Below are positions 26,859-37,372 of a stretch of DNA of 64,000 bases, one piece after another. The stretch lies in assembly GCA_016861205.1 (NCBI GenBank), contig BOKX01000001.1:698801-762800 (forward strand). The letters are read 5' to 3'. Both the position numbers and the translations under genes were made by a program. The notes beneath the pieces were generated by a model that saw only the letters and a program-made list of their open reading frames with translations, was not told the DNA's origin and did not search any database. Each line of letters begins with the position of its first letter. Within the stretch, counting starts at the first letter, position 1. Source of the stretch: Patescibacteria group bacterium. Its GTDB lineage: Bacteria > Patescibacteriota > Microgenomatia > UBA1400 > PJMF01.

Positions 26859-29015
26859 CTACTCCGGCATTGCCTGAGTCGAGAGGTACTCGCGGATTTT
26901 ACCGAGGTTTACTTCACGCGGTTTACTGCCATCTGCTGGGCCAACTAAGCCCGCTTCATACAGTTGGTCTAAGATTCTTGCCGCCCGCGCGTAGCCCACT
27001 GACAATCGACGTTGAATCAATGATGATGAAGCCTTGTCATACTGTGAGAACAGTTTGACAGCTTCCAGGAACAAGTCGTCACGATCGGCACTATCGGTTC
27101 CACTGGAGCCACCTTTAATCATACCTGGCTTAAATTTGGTGGTAATCTCTTCTTGATAATCTGGTCGCTGGCCTTGTGACTTGATGAAATCAATCAGGTT
27201 GCGAATCTCTGAGTCAGATACATAGGTACCTTGAATACGCGTGGCTTTGGCTTGGTCCGGTGGCACAAACAACATGTCGCCTCGGCCCAGCAACTTCTCA
27301 GCTCCTGGACCATCAATGATCACACGGGAGTCCATCATCGAAGCCACATTAAACGCGATACGCGTTGGCACGTTTGCCTTGATCAAACCGGTCAAGACGT
27401 CGACAGATGGGCGCTGAGTAGCGAGCACCAAGTGAATACCCACCGCCCGTGCCATCTGAGCGATGCGGGTGATACTCTCTTCCACCTCGGCTGGGGCAAA
27501 CAACATAATATCAGCCAACTCGTCGATGACGATCACGATGCTCGGCATAGCGGCAAAGCCCGCCAACTCGTTATAACCATCAATATTTTTGACACCAACT
27601 TCAGCCAGTTTCTTATAACGACTGTCCATCTCCGCGGTTGCCCATTTGAGAGCTGAGACCACTTTACTCGGCTCCACAATCACCGGAGTCAACAAATGGG
27701 GAATGTCGTTATAACCAGTTAGCTCAACTCGTTTGGGATCGACCAAGATAAACTTCACTTCAGATGGACTGGACCGAAACAGCATCGAACACAAGAACGT
27801 GTTCACTGCTACCGATTTACCTGAACCCGTCGCACCAGCGATGAGTACGTGAGGCATTTTGCCAATATCAGCCACGATGGGCTTACCGGCCACATCGATA
27901 CCTAGGGCCACCGCCAACTTCGACTTGTGTTTCTTCATCAAGTCAGAAGCCAACATGGTCCGCAGAGTGACATACTGGGCAGATTTATTTGGCACCTCAA
28001 TACCCACCAGTGATCGGCCTGCAATTGGGGCCTCAATCCGGATTTGTCCGGTTGGAGCAGCCAAGGCTAGCGCTAAGTCAGTAGCAAGCGTGGTGATTTT
28101 TGAAAGCTTGGTACCACGGCTAATTTCCAGCGCGTACTGAGTAACCGATGGACCGTAATTGACTTCGGCAACTTTGGCGCGAATGCCAAACGACTCCAAC
28201 GTGTTCTCGATGGTCTGGGCATTTGACTTAACGTCACCACGATCGGCTTCGCCACCTTTACTAGCTGACAGCAGCGACAATGGTGGGTACTCCCACACCA
28301 TTGGGGCGGTCTCGGTGGGTACAGTCGTCAGTTCGCCAGCTGCTTTCGGCTTAGCTGGTTGGGCAGGCATAATAGCAGTGCCAGTGCCATCATCAGCTAA
28401 CTGTTTCTGTGTCATCATACTGGCATCATTCACGCTAAACCCAGGCTCAGCCTTTTTACCCAACCCAAGTGACAACTTGGGAATCTGGAAGCCTTTGGCT
28501 TTCTTAATGTCGGCATCACTAACTTCAGGTTCAGACTTCACCTTCGGCGGGCGATCGGCCAACTTGGCAAAGGCCTTGAGCAGCTCAGCCACTGACCACT
28601 GACCAATCACTAAGCTGCCAATAATCAGCAAACTAATAAAGAGGGCATAGCTACCCACTGATGAAATCAGCATCGACAAGGTGGCAAATGTCTCTGCCCC
28701 AACTTGGCCTGCTCGAGCAGCACCCATCACCCCCACTGCCATCAGCACCGTGCCGAGTAGCACATGTGGCTTGGACCAGGCCCATGGAGTTTGGAACATG
28801 ACCAAACCAGAGGCAATAAACACAAACGGGAAAAAAAGCATCGAGACACCAAACTTGATCATCAAGTACTGATTCAAGGTTTGGAGCACAATGCCTTGAC
28901 GCGTAAACGAGACCATGATCAACACCCCAATCAAGATCAAAATCACCGCCACGATGGAGTGAATGGTCTCGGGTCTCAGCTGGAGAAATGGTCCTTTTTT
29001 ACGTCGTCTGCCCAT
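26859..29015 (-). CDS. ftsK: DNA translocase FtsK/SpoIIIE
   Basis: N-terminal TM helices, Walker A 'GATGSGKS', 'VIVIDELAD' Walker B, C-terminal gamma winged-helix domain. Confidence 0.9.
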   Translation of the reverse strand: MGRRRKKGPFLQLRPETIHSIVAVILILIGVLIMVSFTRQGIVLQTLNQYLMIKFGVSMLFFPFVFIASGLVMFQTPWAWSKPHVLLGTVLMAVGVMGAARAGQVGAETFATLSMLISSVGSYALFISLLIIGSLVIGQWSVAELLKAFAKLADRPPKVKSEPEVSDADIKKAKGFQIPKLSLGLGKKAEPGFSVNDASMMTQKQLADDGTGTAIMPAQPAKPKAAGELTTVPTETAPMVWEYPPLSLLSASKGGEADRGDVKSNAQTIENTLESFGIRAKVAEVNYGPSVTQYALEISRGTKLSKITTLATDLALALAAPTGQIRIEAPIAGRSLVGIEVPNKSAQYVTLRTMLASDLMKKHKSKLAVALGIDVAGKPIVADIGKMPHVLIAGATGSGKSVAVNTFLCSMLFRSSPSEVKFILVDPKRVELTGYNDIPHLLTPVIVEPSKVVSALKWATAEMDSRYKKLAEVGVKNIDGYNELAGFAAMPSIVIVIDELADIMLFAPAEVEESITRIAQMARAVGIHLVLATQRPSVDVLTGLIKANVPTRIAFNVASMMDSRVIIDGPGAEKLLGRGDMLFVPPDQAKATRIQGTYVSDSEIRNLIDFIKSQGQRPDYQEEITTKFKPGMIKGGSSGTDSADRDDLFLEAVKLFSQYDKASSSLIQRRLSVGYARAARILDQLYEAGLVGPADGSKPREVNLGKIREYLSTQAMPE

Positions 29016-29139
29016 AGGTCAAAATATTATAGGATAATTTTTAGCATATCTTGGTCTGGAGTGCAAGAGTCAGCCTCGCCATCACCAGACAAACACCCAG
29101 TCCCACTGCCAGGTTATTAACTCTAGTTTAGCGGGAAAG

Positions 29140-30801
29140 CTAGACTTCGACAATTGCCGCCATGATGACTGGTTCACGCTGAATAACTTTGTACAACTTG
29201 CGACCGAGTCGCTTCTCGATCGTTCGTTTAACTTCATCATCCTTGGCCTTCCGACCCAGCTCGTTAACAATCTCAGCGGTAGTTCGCTTAATGAACTCAA
29301 TGACTTCGTCTGCTTCTTTCATGAACACAAAACCACGGGATACCACTGAGACATGCTTCAGGTCATAGCCACGCTTGGTGCGTGGCACAATGATGACGAT
29401 CATGCCAGCTTGGCTCAAAGCCCGCCGGTCAGCCAACACCACCGGACCAACGTCACCGACTCCCAAACCATCAACAGTTCTGGCTTGTAAGGTGACTTGA
29501 TCGATGACCTCAGGCCGACCAGTGCCAAAGCCAAGGACCTCACCGTGACCTGGAATTAAAACCCGCTCGGGCGCAACACCCACTTGGTCTGCCACCAACT
29601 CCACAAACTTTACTCGGTGTCGGTCAGCGCCGCCAATTGGCATCACAAATTGAGGCTTCACCATGCCCAGCAACTCTTGTTGCTCTGGAGCACTGGCGTG
29701 GCCAGATTGGTGCAGATTTGGTTCCAAATCAGGGTAGATGACGTGCACACCGTTGCGGCATAGTTCATCAATCGCAGCATAGTACGGCACTTCATTGCCA
29801 GGGATAGCATCGGCTGAGAAAACGACTTGGTCGCTAGGTTTGATCTGCAGCATTGGGTGGTCCCCATACACAGCCCGCACCAGCGAGGAGCCTTCTTGCC
29901 CTTGGCTACCGGCAATAATGACACACACCTGACTATCAGGCAGATTGCTCAAATCGCGTTTATCAACTTGAATACCTTGGGGCAGATGCAGTTTTTTCAA
30001 GGTAACTGCTGCCTCGACGTTCTGCTCCACCGATCGCCCCACAAATGCAACTTTGCGACCGTGTTTAGCAGCTGAATCGATAATCTGTTGGATGCGATGA
30101 ATATGAGAACTCATCAACGTCACGATAAACTTACCTTTGGTCTTACCCATGGCAGTATCCAAGACTGGCCCAACGGTTGATTCGGACTTGGTCCACTCTG
30201 ACCGTTCCACCCGCAGACAGTCGATCATCATACACAACACACCTTGGTTTCCGAGTTCGGTGATGTGTGCGAAATCTGGCTTGACTCCGTCAACCGGATT
30301 TGGATCGAGCTTAAAGTCTGAGCCGTGATAGAAAACACCCGCAGGGGTTTTGATGGCATAGTGCCGAGTATCTGGCACTGAGTGTGTCATGGCGATGGGT
30401 TGCGCTTGGAACTTTTGAGTTATTTCAAACCACTGGTGATCAGTCACCACCTTGATTTCTCGCTCGATACCACCGTCGCGCATCCGATTAGCAGCAAACC
30501 CAGCTGTCAAAGCTGAGGCATATATCGGAAACTCCGGCAAACTCGGCAGAATGTACGGTAACGCCGCGATGTGGTCATCGTGGCCGTGTGTCAGAATCAT
30601 ACCGACGATCTTCTTACCTGACTCGAGCTGTTTCAGCAGGTAGCTGATGTCAGGAATGAGCACATCGACACCCGGCATGTACATGTCGGGAAAACCGATT
30701 CCACAATCCACAATCAGCATTTCTTCATCGACCTGATAAAGAAACATATTTTGGGTAACATTACCCATTCCCCCCATCGGGAAAACACTAACTTGATTCA
30801 T
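29140..30801 (-). CDS. rnj: Ribonuclease J (metallo-beta-lactamase/beta-CASP)
   Basis: 'THGHDDH' MBL motif, beta-CASP region and C-terminal domain. Length 553 aa. Confidence 0.85.
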   Translation of the reverse strand: MNQVSVFPMGGMGNVTQNMFLYQVDEEMLIVDCGIGFPDMYMPGVDVLIPDISYLLKQLESGKKIVGMILTHGHDDHIAALPYILPSLPEFPIYASALTAGFAANRMRDGGIEREIKVVTDHQWFEITQKFQAQPIAMTHSVPDTRHYAIKTPAGVFYHGSDFKLDPNPVDGVKPDFAHITELGNQGVLCMMIDCLRVERSEWTKSESTVGPVLDTAMGKTKGKFIVTLMSSHIHRIQQIIDSAAKHGRKVAFVGRSVEQNVEAAVTLKKLHLPQGIQVDKRDLSNLPDSQVCVIIAGSQGQEGSSLVRAVYGDHPMLQIKPSDQVVFSADAIPGNEVPYYAAIDELCRNGVHVIYPDLEPNLHQSGHASAPEQQELLGMVKPQFVMPIGGADRHRVKFVELVADQVGVAPERVLIPGHGEVLGFGTGRPEVIDQVTLQARTVDGLGVGDVGPVVLADRRALSQAGMIVIIVPRTKRGYDLKHVSVVSRGFVFMKEADEVIEFIKRTTAEIVNELGRKAKDDEVKRTIEKRLGRKLYKVIQREPVIMAAIVEV

Positions 30802-30816
30802 AGAAACTCCTTATCT

Positions 30817-31644
30817 CTACGACTTAACTTTGGCCAGTTGCTTCCAAGCAAACCGCCAATAATACATACCTTTTCGCCAATTAAGCTTGAACGGCAACCG
30901 TTTTAACCAACGTGGTTCGGGGTCAGGCTCTCGCCGCTCAGCAAACACGGCCATCATTACCATGGCCAAGAAAGCAAATGATGAAAACCAATACGCGCTA
31001 TATGTTGGCTTAAAACTAACATCACTAACTAGATAACCAATTCCATGCAACACAAAACAAAATCCGATCAATAACTTCATAATCCGCATGAACATTGCTG
31101 ATGGCGCTTCATACTTCCAGATTGCTAAGAAACCAACTATACCAGTCAGAAATGCTAAACCCATCACTCCATAAAAAGCAGCATGCTCTATCTCAATTTC
31201 AAATGGCACCCACAGGTTTATCAGTGCAAAACCTGTCATCATCAACGCTACTCCCATATAGATAGCCAAGTGTGACAACATTTGGTGAAAAAATTCTGAG
31301 TGGCTAAAAATGTCATACAAGGGATCGCGCACTCGACGCAAATCAAAACTCTTCGTTAAAGAGTGAATAACTACAAACGCAGAAATAAACAAAAACATGG
31401 TACTAAAAACAGTATCGACCACAAACAACTCGGTTACCGATAAACCCAAATTCAATTGCTGTTTAAATGACACAAAAATAAAACTCTTCATCCACACAAA
31501 CACCAATGGCATGAGCACAAAAGCATATACAAACTGAACCAGGTCAAACTTCATTATTTCGTGTTTGCCGTTGTGACGATACAGAATTGAAGCACTCACA
31601 ATAGCCAGCAACGGCAGCAGAAAAAGAAAAACAATCATGTTCAT
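30817..31644 (-). CDS. Polytopic membrane protein (hypothetical)
   Basis: 275 aa with about 8 TM helices. Confidence 0.45.
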   Translation of the reverse strand: MNMIVFLFLLPLLAIVSASILYRHNGKHEIMKFDLVQFVYAFVLMPLVFVWMKSFIFVSFKQQLNLGLSVTELFVVDTVFSTMFLFISAFVVIHSLTKSFDLRRVRDPLYDIFSHSEFFHQMLSHLAIYMGVALMMTGFALINLWVPFEIEIEHAAFYGVMGLAFLTGIVGFLAIWKYEAPSAMFMRIMKLLIGFCFVLHGIGYLVSDVSFKPTYSAYWFSSFAFLAMVMMAVFAERREPDPEPRWLKRLPFKLNWRKGMYYWRFAWKQLAKVKS

Positions 31645-31654
31645 AGTTTTGTCG

Positions 31655-32308
31655 TTATAGTAACGCCTCGCTTACCTCAGCATGCAACTCAGCTGTAGCC
31701 TGCTGGTCTTGCACCCACCCTAGCACTTTTGGCAGCTTTTGAAAATCGGCTTCAAACGCTTGTTTCACGTTGGGGGCTCGCAAGGCCGCGGCTGGATGGT
31801 ACATCGGTAATATAAACATAGTCTGACCATTCCAAGCAATTTTGTGTAATCGACCATGGACTTGAGAAATTTTAACTCCTGGCAAGAATTTGCCCATACT
31901 GTAACGACCCAAGGTCACAATCAGAGCTGGCTGCAAAATCGCTATCTCCCGATCCAAAAAAGGTCTAAAGGCCGTAATCTCATCTGGCATGGGATCACGA
32001 TTGCCCGGTGGCCGAACCTTCACAATGTTGCTTATATATACCTCGGCTGGCGAGTAGCCAACTTTGGTTAAAACCTGCCGAAATAGCTGCCCTGACCGCC
32101 CCACAAAGGGCCTTCTTTGCCGAGCTTCTTCCTCACCAGGAGCCTCACCGATAAACATGATTTTGGCGTCACTGCTGCCTTCACCAGGCACGATATCACG
32201 ACCGGTGTTCGCCAACGGCAACTCGCCGGCGGCGGCTTCCATATCTGCACATACTGCAGTTAACTGCTCTGCCTTAGAAAGAGCGCTATCCATTGAGCTC
32301 ATGGGCAT
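31655..32308 (-). CDS. Uracil-DNA glycosylase, family 4
   Basis: 'FIGEAPGEEE' and 'GRSG' family-4 UDG motifs. C-terminal His motif present. Confidence 0.8.
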   Translation of the reverse strand: MPMSSMDSALSKAEQLTAVCADMEAAAGELPLANTGRDIVPGEGSSDAKIMFIGEAPGEEEARQRRPFVGRSGQLFRQVLTKVGYSPAEVYISNIVKVRPPGNRDPMPDEITAFRPFLDREIAILQPALIVTLGRYSMGKFLPGVKISQVHGRLHKIAWNGQTMFILPMYHPAAALRAPNVKQAFEADFQKLPKVLGWVQDQQATAELHAEVSEALL

Positions 32309-32359
32309 ATCCTATCACAGCTACCAGAGGTCGAGGAGGTGAACTTTACGCGACGTTTC

Positions 32360-33415
32360 TTAAAACTGTGGCAAGAAAATATTGGCATTTTGATTGGTGA
32401 TCACCACTTCGGGGTAGCCTTTTTCGACGATGATGCGAGCTGCTTTGCGGACCATACCTTGCAACGTCCGCTCCAGAGTGCGGATACCGGCATCGTACCC
32501 CAGTGGCCGAGTCATGCGTGGCCACACTTCCTCTTTGATTACCAGTTGTTCAGGCCGCAAACCTGAGTCGGCATACAGTTTTGGCAAAATGTAGTGTTTA
32601 GCGATCATGATCTTCTCTTGGTCGGTGTACGACGGCATGGTGATTTTCTCCATCCGGTCCATGACCGCAGTGGCGATGCCGGTCGTGTTGTTGGCGGTAG
32701 CGATAAAAATTGCGTGAGACAAGTCAACTGGATAGTCGAGGTAGTTGTCGACAAAGGCATGGTTCTGGGCTGGGTCGAGCAACTCAACCAACACGCCCAT
32801 GATGTCCATCCGAGCTTCTTCCGAACACCGATCGATTTCATCGAGTAAAATAATCGGGTTGCGAACTTGTGCTTCGCACAAACCTTTGACAATCTTGCCA
32901 GGCTCAGAACCCAACAAGAGACGTGACTGACCACGCAACTCTTTGGCTGAGCTCATGCCACCAAACGGAATCCGAACAATTTTGCGGCCTAACGCCTCAG
33001 CCAGTGAAAAGGCAAACGTGGTTTTACCTGTACCCACCAAACCAACCAGCAGCAAAATAGGCGCTCGGAACCCTGCTTCAGCTTGCTGTTGCCGCAAGTT
33101 CAAGATGGCCACGTACTCTAAGAAGCGATCTTTGACTTCGCCCAACCCGTAATGGTGTGAGTCAAAAATTTGTTTGGTGTGAGCGATATCGAGGGTATCT
33201 GTCGTTTCCGTTGCCCAAGGAACTTTTAAAACCCACTCAATGTACCGGGATACTTTTTCGTACTTCTCGTCGTACGAACCCAACTCAACTGACCGCTCCA
33301 AAGCCACGATATCCTTGGCGACTTTGAGGCGCAGCTCCTCAGGAATACTGGCCGATTGGACTCGGGTCTTGAGCGCCTGAATTTCGTCGTTGAGCAGTTG
33401 TTTGTAATCGGTCAT
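32360..33415 (-). CDS. Lon-like AAA+ ATPase lacking a protease domain
   Basis: 'HYGLGEVKDRFLEYVAI' Lon linker, Walker A 'GLVGTGKT', Walker B 'ILLDEID', sensor regions. ORF ends where the Lon S16 protease domain would begin. Confidence 0.65.
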   Translation of the reverse strand: MTDYKQLLNDEIQALKTRVQSASIPEELRLKVAKDIVALERSVELGSYDEKYEKVSRYIEWVLKVPWATETTDTLDIAHTKQIFDSHHYGLGEVKDRFLEYVAILNLRQQQAEAGFRAPILLLVGLVGTGKTTFAFSLAEALGRKIVRIPFGGMSSAKELRGQSRLLLGSEPGKIVKGLCEAQVRNPIILLDEIDRCSEEARMDIMGVLVELLDPAQNHAFVDNYLDYPVDLSHAIFIATANNTTGIATAVMDRMEKITMPSYTDQEKIMIAKHYILPKLYADSGLRPEQLVIKEEVWPRMTRPLGYDAGIRTLERTLQGMVRKAARIIVEKGYPEVVITNQNANIFLPQF

Positions 33416-33440
33416 AAGTTCATAGCGCAGTACTACGCAT

Positions 33441-34364
33441 TTACATTGTCTCAAGGTCAGTGCGGCTCAGCAAGCCCGGCTTGGCCCCAACTTTCTGAAC
33501 AACAGAGGCAGAGTTAGCCACCCCCCACTCGATCGCGGTTGAGACTGGTCGCTCGAGTAATCGAGCTCCCACGTAGGCAGTGGCAAAGGCATCGCCCGCC
33601 CCGGTGTCATCAACAGAGTTCACACTGGGTGCTTCATATTTTTGCGGTTCTTTGCCAGCTAGCAACACTTGACCGCCTTGTTTGCCATCAGTCACCACAA
33701 TCTCAGGTACTATCCGTTGTAACTGGGCATGATGATCAGCAATCATCTGCCACTCTTCTTTGTTCACCATCAGTACATCACACTTCAGACCCAACTCACT
33801 CAGCCCATGCTCAGCCACCCATCGTAGTTCTGGACTGCCTGGGTTCCACGACACTCCCACCGAGCTTTGTCGAGCTCGTTTGAAAATATGTTGTAAGGTT
33901 GGCATTTGGCCACCGATCGATGAGATGTGCAACCATCTGGCACTCGCTAAGGCTTTGTCCGGCATGTCTTCAACACCGAGCAGCGAAGCTGCCCCACGGT
34001 GAACTAGCACTGTCCGGCCACCTTCTTGGCTAACAAGAATTACCGAACCGCCGGTTTGTTCTTTGCGCTCTTTTACCAGCCAGGTGGTTTCAACTTGATT
34101 TTTGACCAAATCATTCACCACGACATCTGAAAATGCATCCATCCCCAGCTCTGCCACCACTCCCACTCGGAACCCCAACCGTTGAAAGCCGACCGCGGTA
34201 TTGGTACCTGCACCGCCAGTTTCAATCACCAAACTATCAAGTTCTAGTTTTTCGCCAAACCGCTGACACACCAGCACATTGCCGTCGTTCTCTCGCAACT
34301 GAAAGTCCGGAGACGACACAAAAATGTCAACTAAAGCAGAGCCAATGGTAATTACATCAGGCAT
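33441..34364 (-). CDS. PfkB-family carbohydrate/nucleoside kinase
   Basis: 'DTGAGDAF' C-terminal PfkB signature and N-terminal GG motif. Start set at MPDVITIG. Confidence 0.8.
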   Translation of the reverse strand: MPDVITIGSALVDIFVSSPDFQLRENDGNVLVCQRFGEKLELDSLVIETGGAGTNTAVGFQRLGFRVGVVAELGMDAFSDVVVNDLVKNQVETTWLVKERKEQTGGSVILVSQEGGRTVLVHRGAASLLGVEDMPDKALASARWLHISSIGGQMPTLQHIFKRARQSSVGVSWNPGSPELRWVAEHGLSELGLKCDVLMVNKEEWQMIADHHAQLQRIVPEIVVTDGKQGGQVLLAGKEPQKYEAPSVNSVDDTGAGDAFATAYVGARLLERPVSTAIEWGVANSASVVQKVGAKPGLLSRTDLETM

Positions 34365-34992
34365 AGTGCGGTGGTCGGGGTGGTAAACCACACCGATCGG
34401 CCAACTCCATTTCAAATTGTGACAAGGCTTGAATCACCTCGTCCTCGTTATTGGCAATCCGATACACTTGACGTTCCTTTTCGCCAATGAAGAAATGATC
34501 GTTCATGACCCTCATGACGTCATGCCAAAACTGGCCATACAAAATCAATGGTTTGTGGTTGCCATAATACAGATGAGCCAGCAGCCAAGCAGTCGTCCAC
34601 TCTGACAACGTACCAGTTCCACCTTGGAAACAAATAAAAGCATCCGCGTGGTCCATCAACCCAAACATGCGTTCGATGTAGTTGGCTGTCTTGATCTCAA
34701 GCGTCACTTGATTACCAGAAAATCGACCTTCAAACTCCGGCATGTCCTTGGGATAAAAGGTAACCGCCAACGTCGTGCCACCAACAGATTGTGCCCCGGC
34801 GGTTGCGGCGGCCATTACTCCAGGTCCACCACCATTGACCACGACTTTGTTGTTGTACGCCAAAAACCGCGCCACATTGAATGCATCATGGTAAAGTGGG
34901 TGGTTTTCATCAATATCAGCACTTCCAAACACCGCCACATTTTGGATGCTGCAGTGACGCTGGGCGGCCGGAATAGTAACTTGGGTTTTCAT
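34357..34992 (-). CDS. LOG-family protein (cytokinin riboside 5'-monophosphate phosphoribohydrolase-like)
   Basis: 'GGGPGVMAA' and 'FQGGTGTLSEW' (PGGxGTxxE) motifs. Confidence 0.75.
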   Translation of the reverse strand: MKTQVTIPAAQRHCSIQNVAVFGSADIDENHPLYHDAFNVARFLAYNNKVVVNGGGPGVMAAATAGAQSVGGTTLAVTFYPKDMPEFEGRFSGNQVTLEIKTANYIERMFGLMDHADAFICFQGGTGTLSEWTTAWLLAHLYYGNHKPLILYGQFWHDVMRVMNDHFFIGEKERQVYRIANNEDEVIQALSQFEMELADRCGLPPRPPHYA

Positions 34993-34995
34993 GGT

Positions 34996-35664
34996 TTAAC
35001 CTTCACTAATCTTTATAAACTCTTCGATAGCTACGGCTGGGTCTGGTGATTGCCAGACAGCACTGGTGGCCACTACTGAACTCACTCCATGTTCCTGAAG
35101 CTGAGGCAACAGATCCAGTTTAACGCCACCATCAACACAAATCTCCAACGACAGGTGTTGTGTTTCAGCTTTTAAGCGCAACTCATTAATTTTATCCAAA
35201 ACCGCTGGTTGGAACACCTGTCCACTCTTACCCATCTCGACACCCATAATCTGCACCAAACTCAAGTGTGGCCAGACTTCATCATCAATAGCGGACACTG
35301 GTGTGTGCAGGTTCAGTGACAAACCGGCTTGCCAGTTATGGACTTTAACCTCTTCAATAAAACTTTTTTGGAAACTCATGTGTTCAACCTGGCCAATCAT
35401 GGTCCGAATCGGCAAGAACTCTTTAATGGCTTGCGCTTCCAACACAAAATCAATTGGCTCATCAACCATCAAGTGGAGATCACATCGTAGGTCTCCAAAA
35501 TCAAGCTCTACCAAGTCCAGTGGCGCCACAGTGATGTCGTCCACAAGCCAGCCATCCATGATGTCAATATGAGCCACCGTCACACCAGCTTGCTCTTTGA
35601 GCACAGCCAATCGATCTGCCACCACACTGACTGAATCACTTAAAATTCCCGGATAAAACTGCAT
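34996..35664 (-). CDS. rpe: Ribulose-phosphate 3-epimerase
   Basis: 'HIDIMDG', 'HLMV' and 'VDGG' metal-binding motifs of the Rpe TIM barrel. Confidence 0.85.
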   Translation of the reverse strand: MQFYPGILSDSVSVVADRLAVLKEQAGVTVAHIDIMDGWLVDDITVAPLDLVELDFGDLRCDLHLMVDEPIDFVLEAQAIKEFLPIRTMIGQVEHMSFQKSFIEEVKVHNWQAGLSLNLHTPVSAIDDEVWPHLSLVQIMGVEMGKSGQVFQPAVLDKINELRLKAETQHLSLEICVDGGVKLDLLPQLQEHGVSSVVATSAVWQSPDPAVAIEEFIKISEG

Positions 35665-35707
35665 GCTGCCTTCCTCTTTTTTTACTTGATTTCAAAATAA
35701 CCAGAAA

Positions 35708-36160
35708 CTACTCATTTGCTTCTAATGCCATGATGGCCGCTACCCGTCGGCGATGTCTTTCTTCAGGGCTAACTGGGGTGGCCACAAACGCCTCAACGAC
35801 CGGCCAAACCTGCTCCCACGTCAGCTCGTCGGCTGACAAACTCAGAACGTTGGCATGATTGTGCTCTCGGGCCAGTTGAGCCTGGCGTGGAGTAGCACAA
35901 CTAGCCGCCCGCACTCCATTAATCTTGTTGGCGGCCATGGTCATGCCAATGCTTGAGCGGCACACCAAAATACCCAGCTCCACACTCTCAGCAGCTACCA
36001 ATCTTGCCACTGCTGCTGCGTACTGAGGATAGTCGTCGTCTGCCTCCAGCTGAGCGGCTCCTACGTCTACCACCTCGTAGCCTGCGCCACTCAGTTGAGC
36101 CTTTAGCTGTTCCTTAAAATGAAACCCACCATGATCAGCGCCCAGTGCAATTTTCAACAT
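35708..36160 (-). CDS. rpiB: Ribose-5-phosphate isomerase B
   Basis: 'IALGADHGG' and 'GILVCRSSIG' RpiB/LacAB motifs. Confidence 0.85.
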   Translation of the reverse strand: MLKIALGADHGGFHFKEQLKAQLSGAGYEVVDVGAAQLEADDDYPQYAAAVARLVAAESVELGILVCRSSIGMTMAANKINGVRAASCATPRQAQLAREHNHANVLSLSADELTWEQVWPVVEAFVATPVSPEERHRRRVAAIMALEANE

Positions 36161-36197
36161 ACTACTCTCCTTGCTTCTTTGTTTGACTGCCTATAGC

Positions 36198-36638
36198 CTA
36201 CTCAACAATCAGTTGACCAATCATACCTCGAGCTCGGTGATTGGAGATACTGCAGTAGTACTCAAACGTGCCTATTTGATCAGTAGGAATGGTAATGTCC
36301 TCAAATTGTCCCGGCGCTAGCGGCTTCGTTGCCACCTGCAGGGCGTCAATTTTGAGGTCATGAAAACCATCGACACTCTGGACCCGCATCACCAGCTTCT
36401 CACCTTTTTTGACGCGGATTTCGCGGGGCTGAAACTGAAAGTTCTGGGCCTTCACTAAGGTCACTCCAGCTGGAACTGCCTCCTGTACCTCAAGATTTAC
36501 TGTGTCCCCAGTCATCGTCTCTCCCGTGGTTGCTGGAACAGTTGACTGGGCTGGAAGCGGAATGGGTTTTGTGTGAGTACAGCCAGCCAACACGACAAGA
36601 CTGGCGGTCATCACTATCAGGGTACTCAATCGGGACAC
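36198..36638 (-). CDS. Cupredoxin-like lipoprotein (type-1 copper site candidate)
   Basis: Lipobox 'LAGC'. His...Cys...His...Met spacing ('FHDL'...'YYCSISNHRARGM') typical of plastocyanin/azurin-like folds. Confidence 0.55.
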   Translation of the reverse strand: MSRLSTLIVMTASLVVLAGCTHTKPIPLPAQSTVPATTGETMTGDTVNLEVQEAVPAGVTLVKAQNFQFQPREIRVKKGEKLVMRVQSVDGFHDLKIDALQVATKPLAPGQFEDITIPTDQIGTFEYYCSISNHRARGMIGQLIVE

Positions 36639-36647
36639 GATACCTTT

Positions 36648-37013
36648 CTAGTCAAAGCCTAGTTCGGCTTTGGCTTCTTCTGACATCAAGTCAGGTACCC
36701 AAGGTGGATCGAATGTCAGTTTAACGTGCAAACCTTGGTCCGGATCCAAGCCCGGCAACCCGATCAGGGCATCGCGAACCATTGTATCAAAGACCGCTGC
36801 CAATGGGCAGCCAGGGGTGGTCAAAGTCATGATAACTTCCACATGAGGTTTCATAGTATTCGGCTCGACGTTCACTTCGTACACCAAACCCAAACTGACA
36901 ATGTCGATGTTCAGTTCCGGATCAATCACTGTCTTAAGTCGAGCCATGATTTGGTCCTGAGTGACTGGCTGGGTGGGAATCGAGGTAGTCATAACTTCGT
37001 TATGTATTATCAC
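36648..37013 (-). CDS. DUF59/SufT-like Fe-S assembly protein (MIP18 family)
   Basis: 'DPELNIDIVSLGLVY' and 'TLTTPGCP' signatures. Start may be an internal Met. Confidence 0.7.
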   Translation of the reverse strand: MIIHNEVMTTSIPTQPVTQDQIMARLKTVIDPELNIDIVSLGLVYEVNVEPNTMKPHVEVIMTLTTPGCPLAAVFDTMVRDALIGLPGLDPDQGLHVKLTFDPPWVPDLMSEEAKAELGFD

Positions 37014-37021
37014 ATACCAAA

Positions 37022-37042
37022 CCCCCCGCCGGAGGCGGGGGG
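37022..37042 (-). terminator. GC-rich hairpin CCCCCCGCCGGAGGCGGGGGG between two minus-strand genes (copy 2 of the repeated motif)
   Basis: 9-bp perfect stem, followed on the minus strand by TTTGGTAT. Same core as 6533-6549. Confidence 0.4.
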
Positions 37043-37067
37043 TTCAAGTTCAATGTAAAACTACCGA

Positions 37068-37280
37068 TTAGGCAGCTTTTTTGAGAACTGGCATGCCAGT
37101 TCGGGCGGTCTCAACCACGGTGTAACCAGCTGGAACGGCTGGTAAGGCACCTGGGCGAATGTCGCGAGCGAAGAAGTAGATCGTCTGCACGCGGCCATTC
37201 TTCAACTTCACTTCACGGGTGTGAAGGTAGTAGGTTTGACCTTTTTTGTTGGTGTAGCTGAAAGCTGTACCATTTGCCAT
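37068..37280 (-). CDS. Small hypothetical protein (70 aa)
   Basis: Compact ORF with a hairpin terminator downstream. Confidence 0.4.
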   Translation of the reverse strand: MANGTAFSYTNKKGQTYYLHTREVKLKNGRVQTIYFFARDIRPGALPAVPAGYTVVETARTGMPVLKKAA

Positions 37281-37372
37281 ACTGCTCCTTTGTAAGTCCC
37301 CTTCGAGGACTCTCTAGTAACTAGCAACTACTTTAGCCTATCATACTCGAGTAAGACATCAAGCAGGAAATC

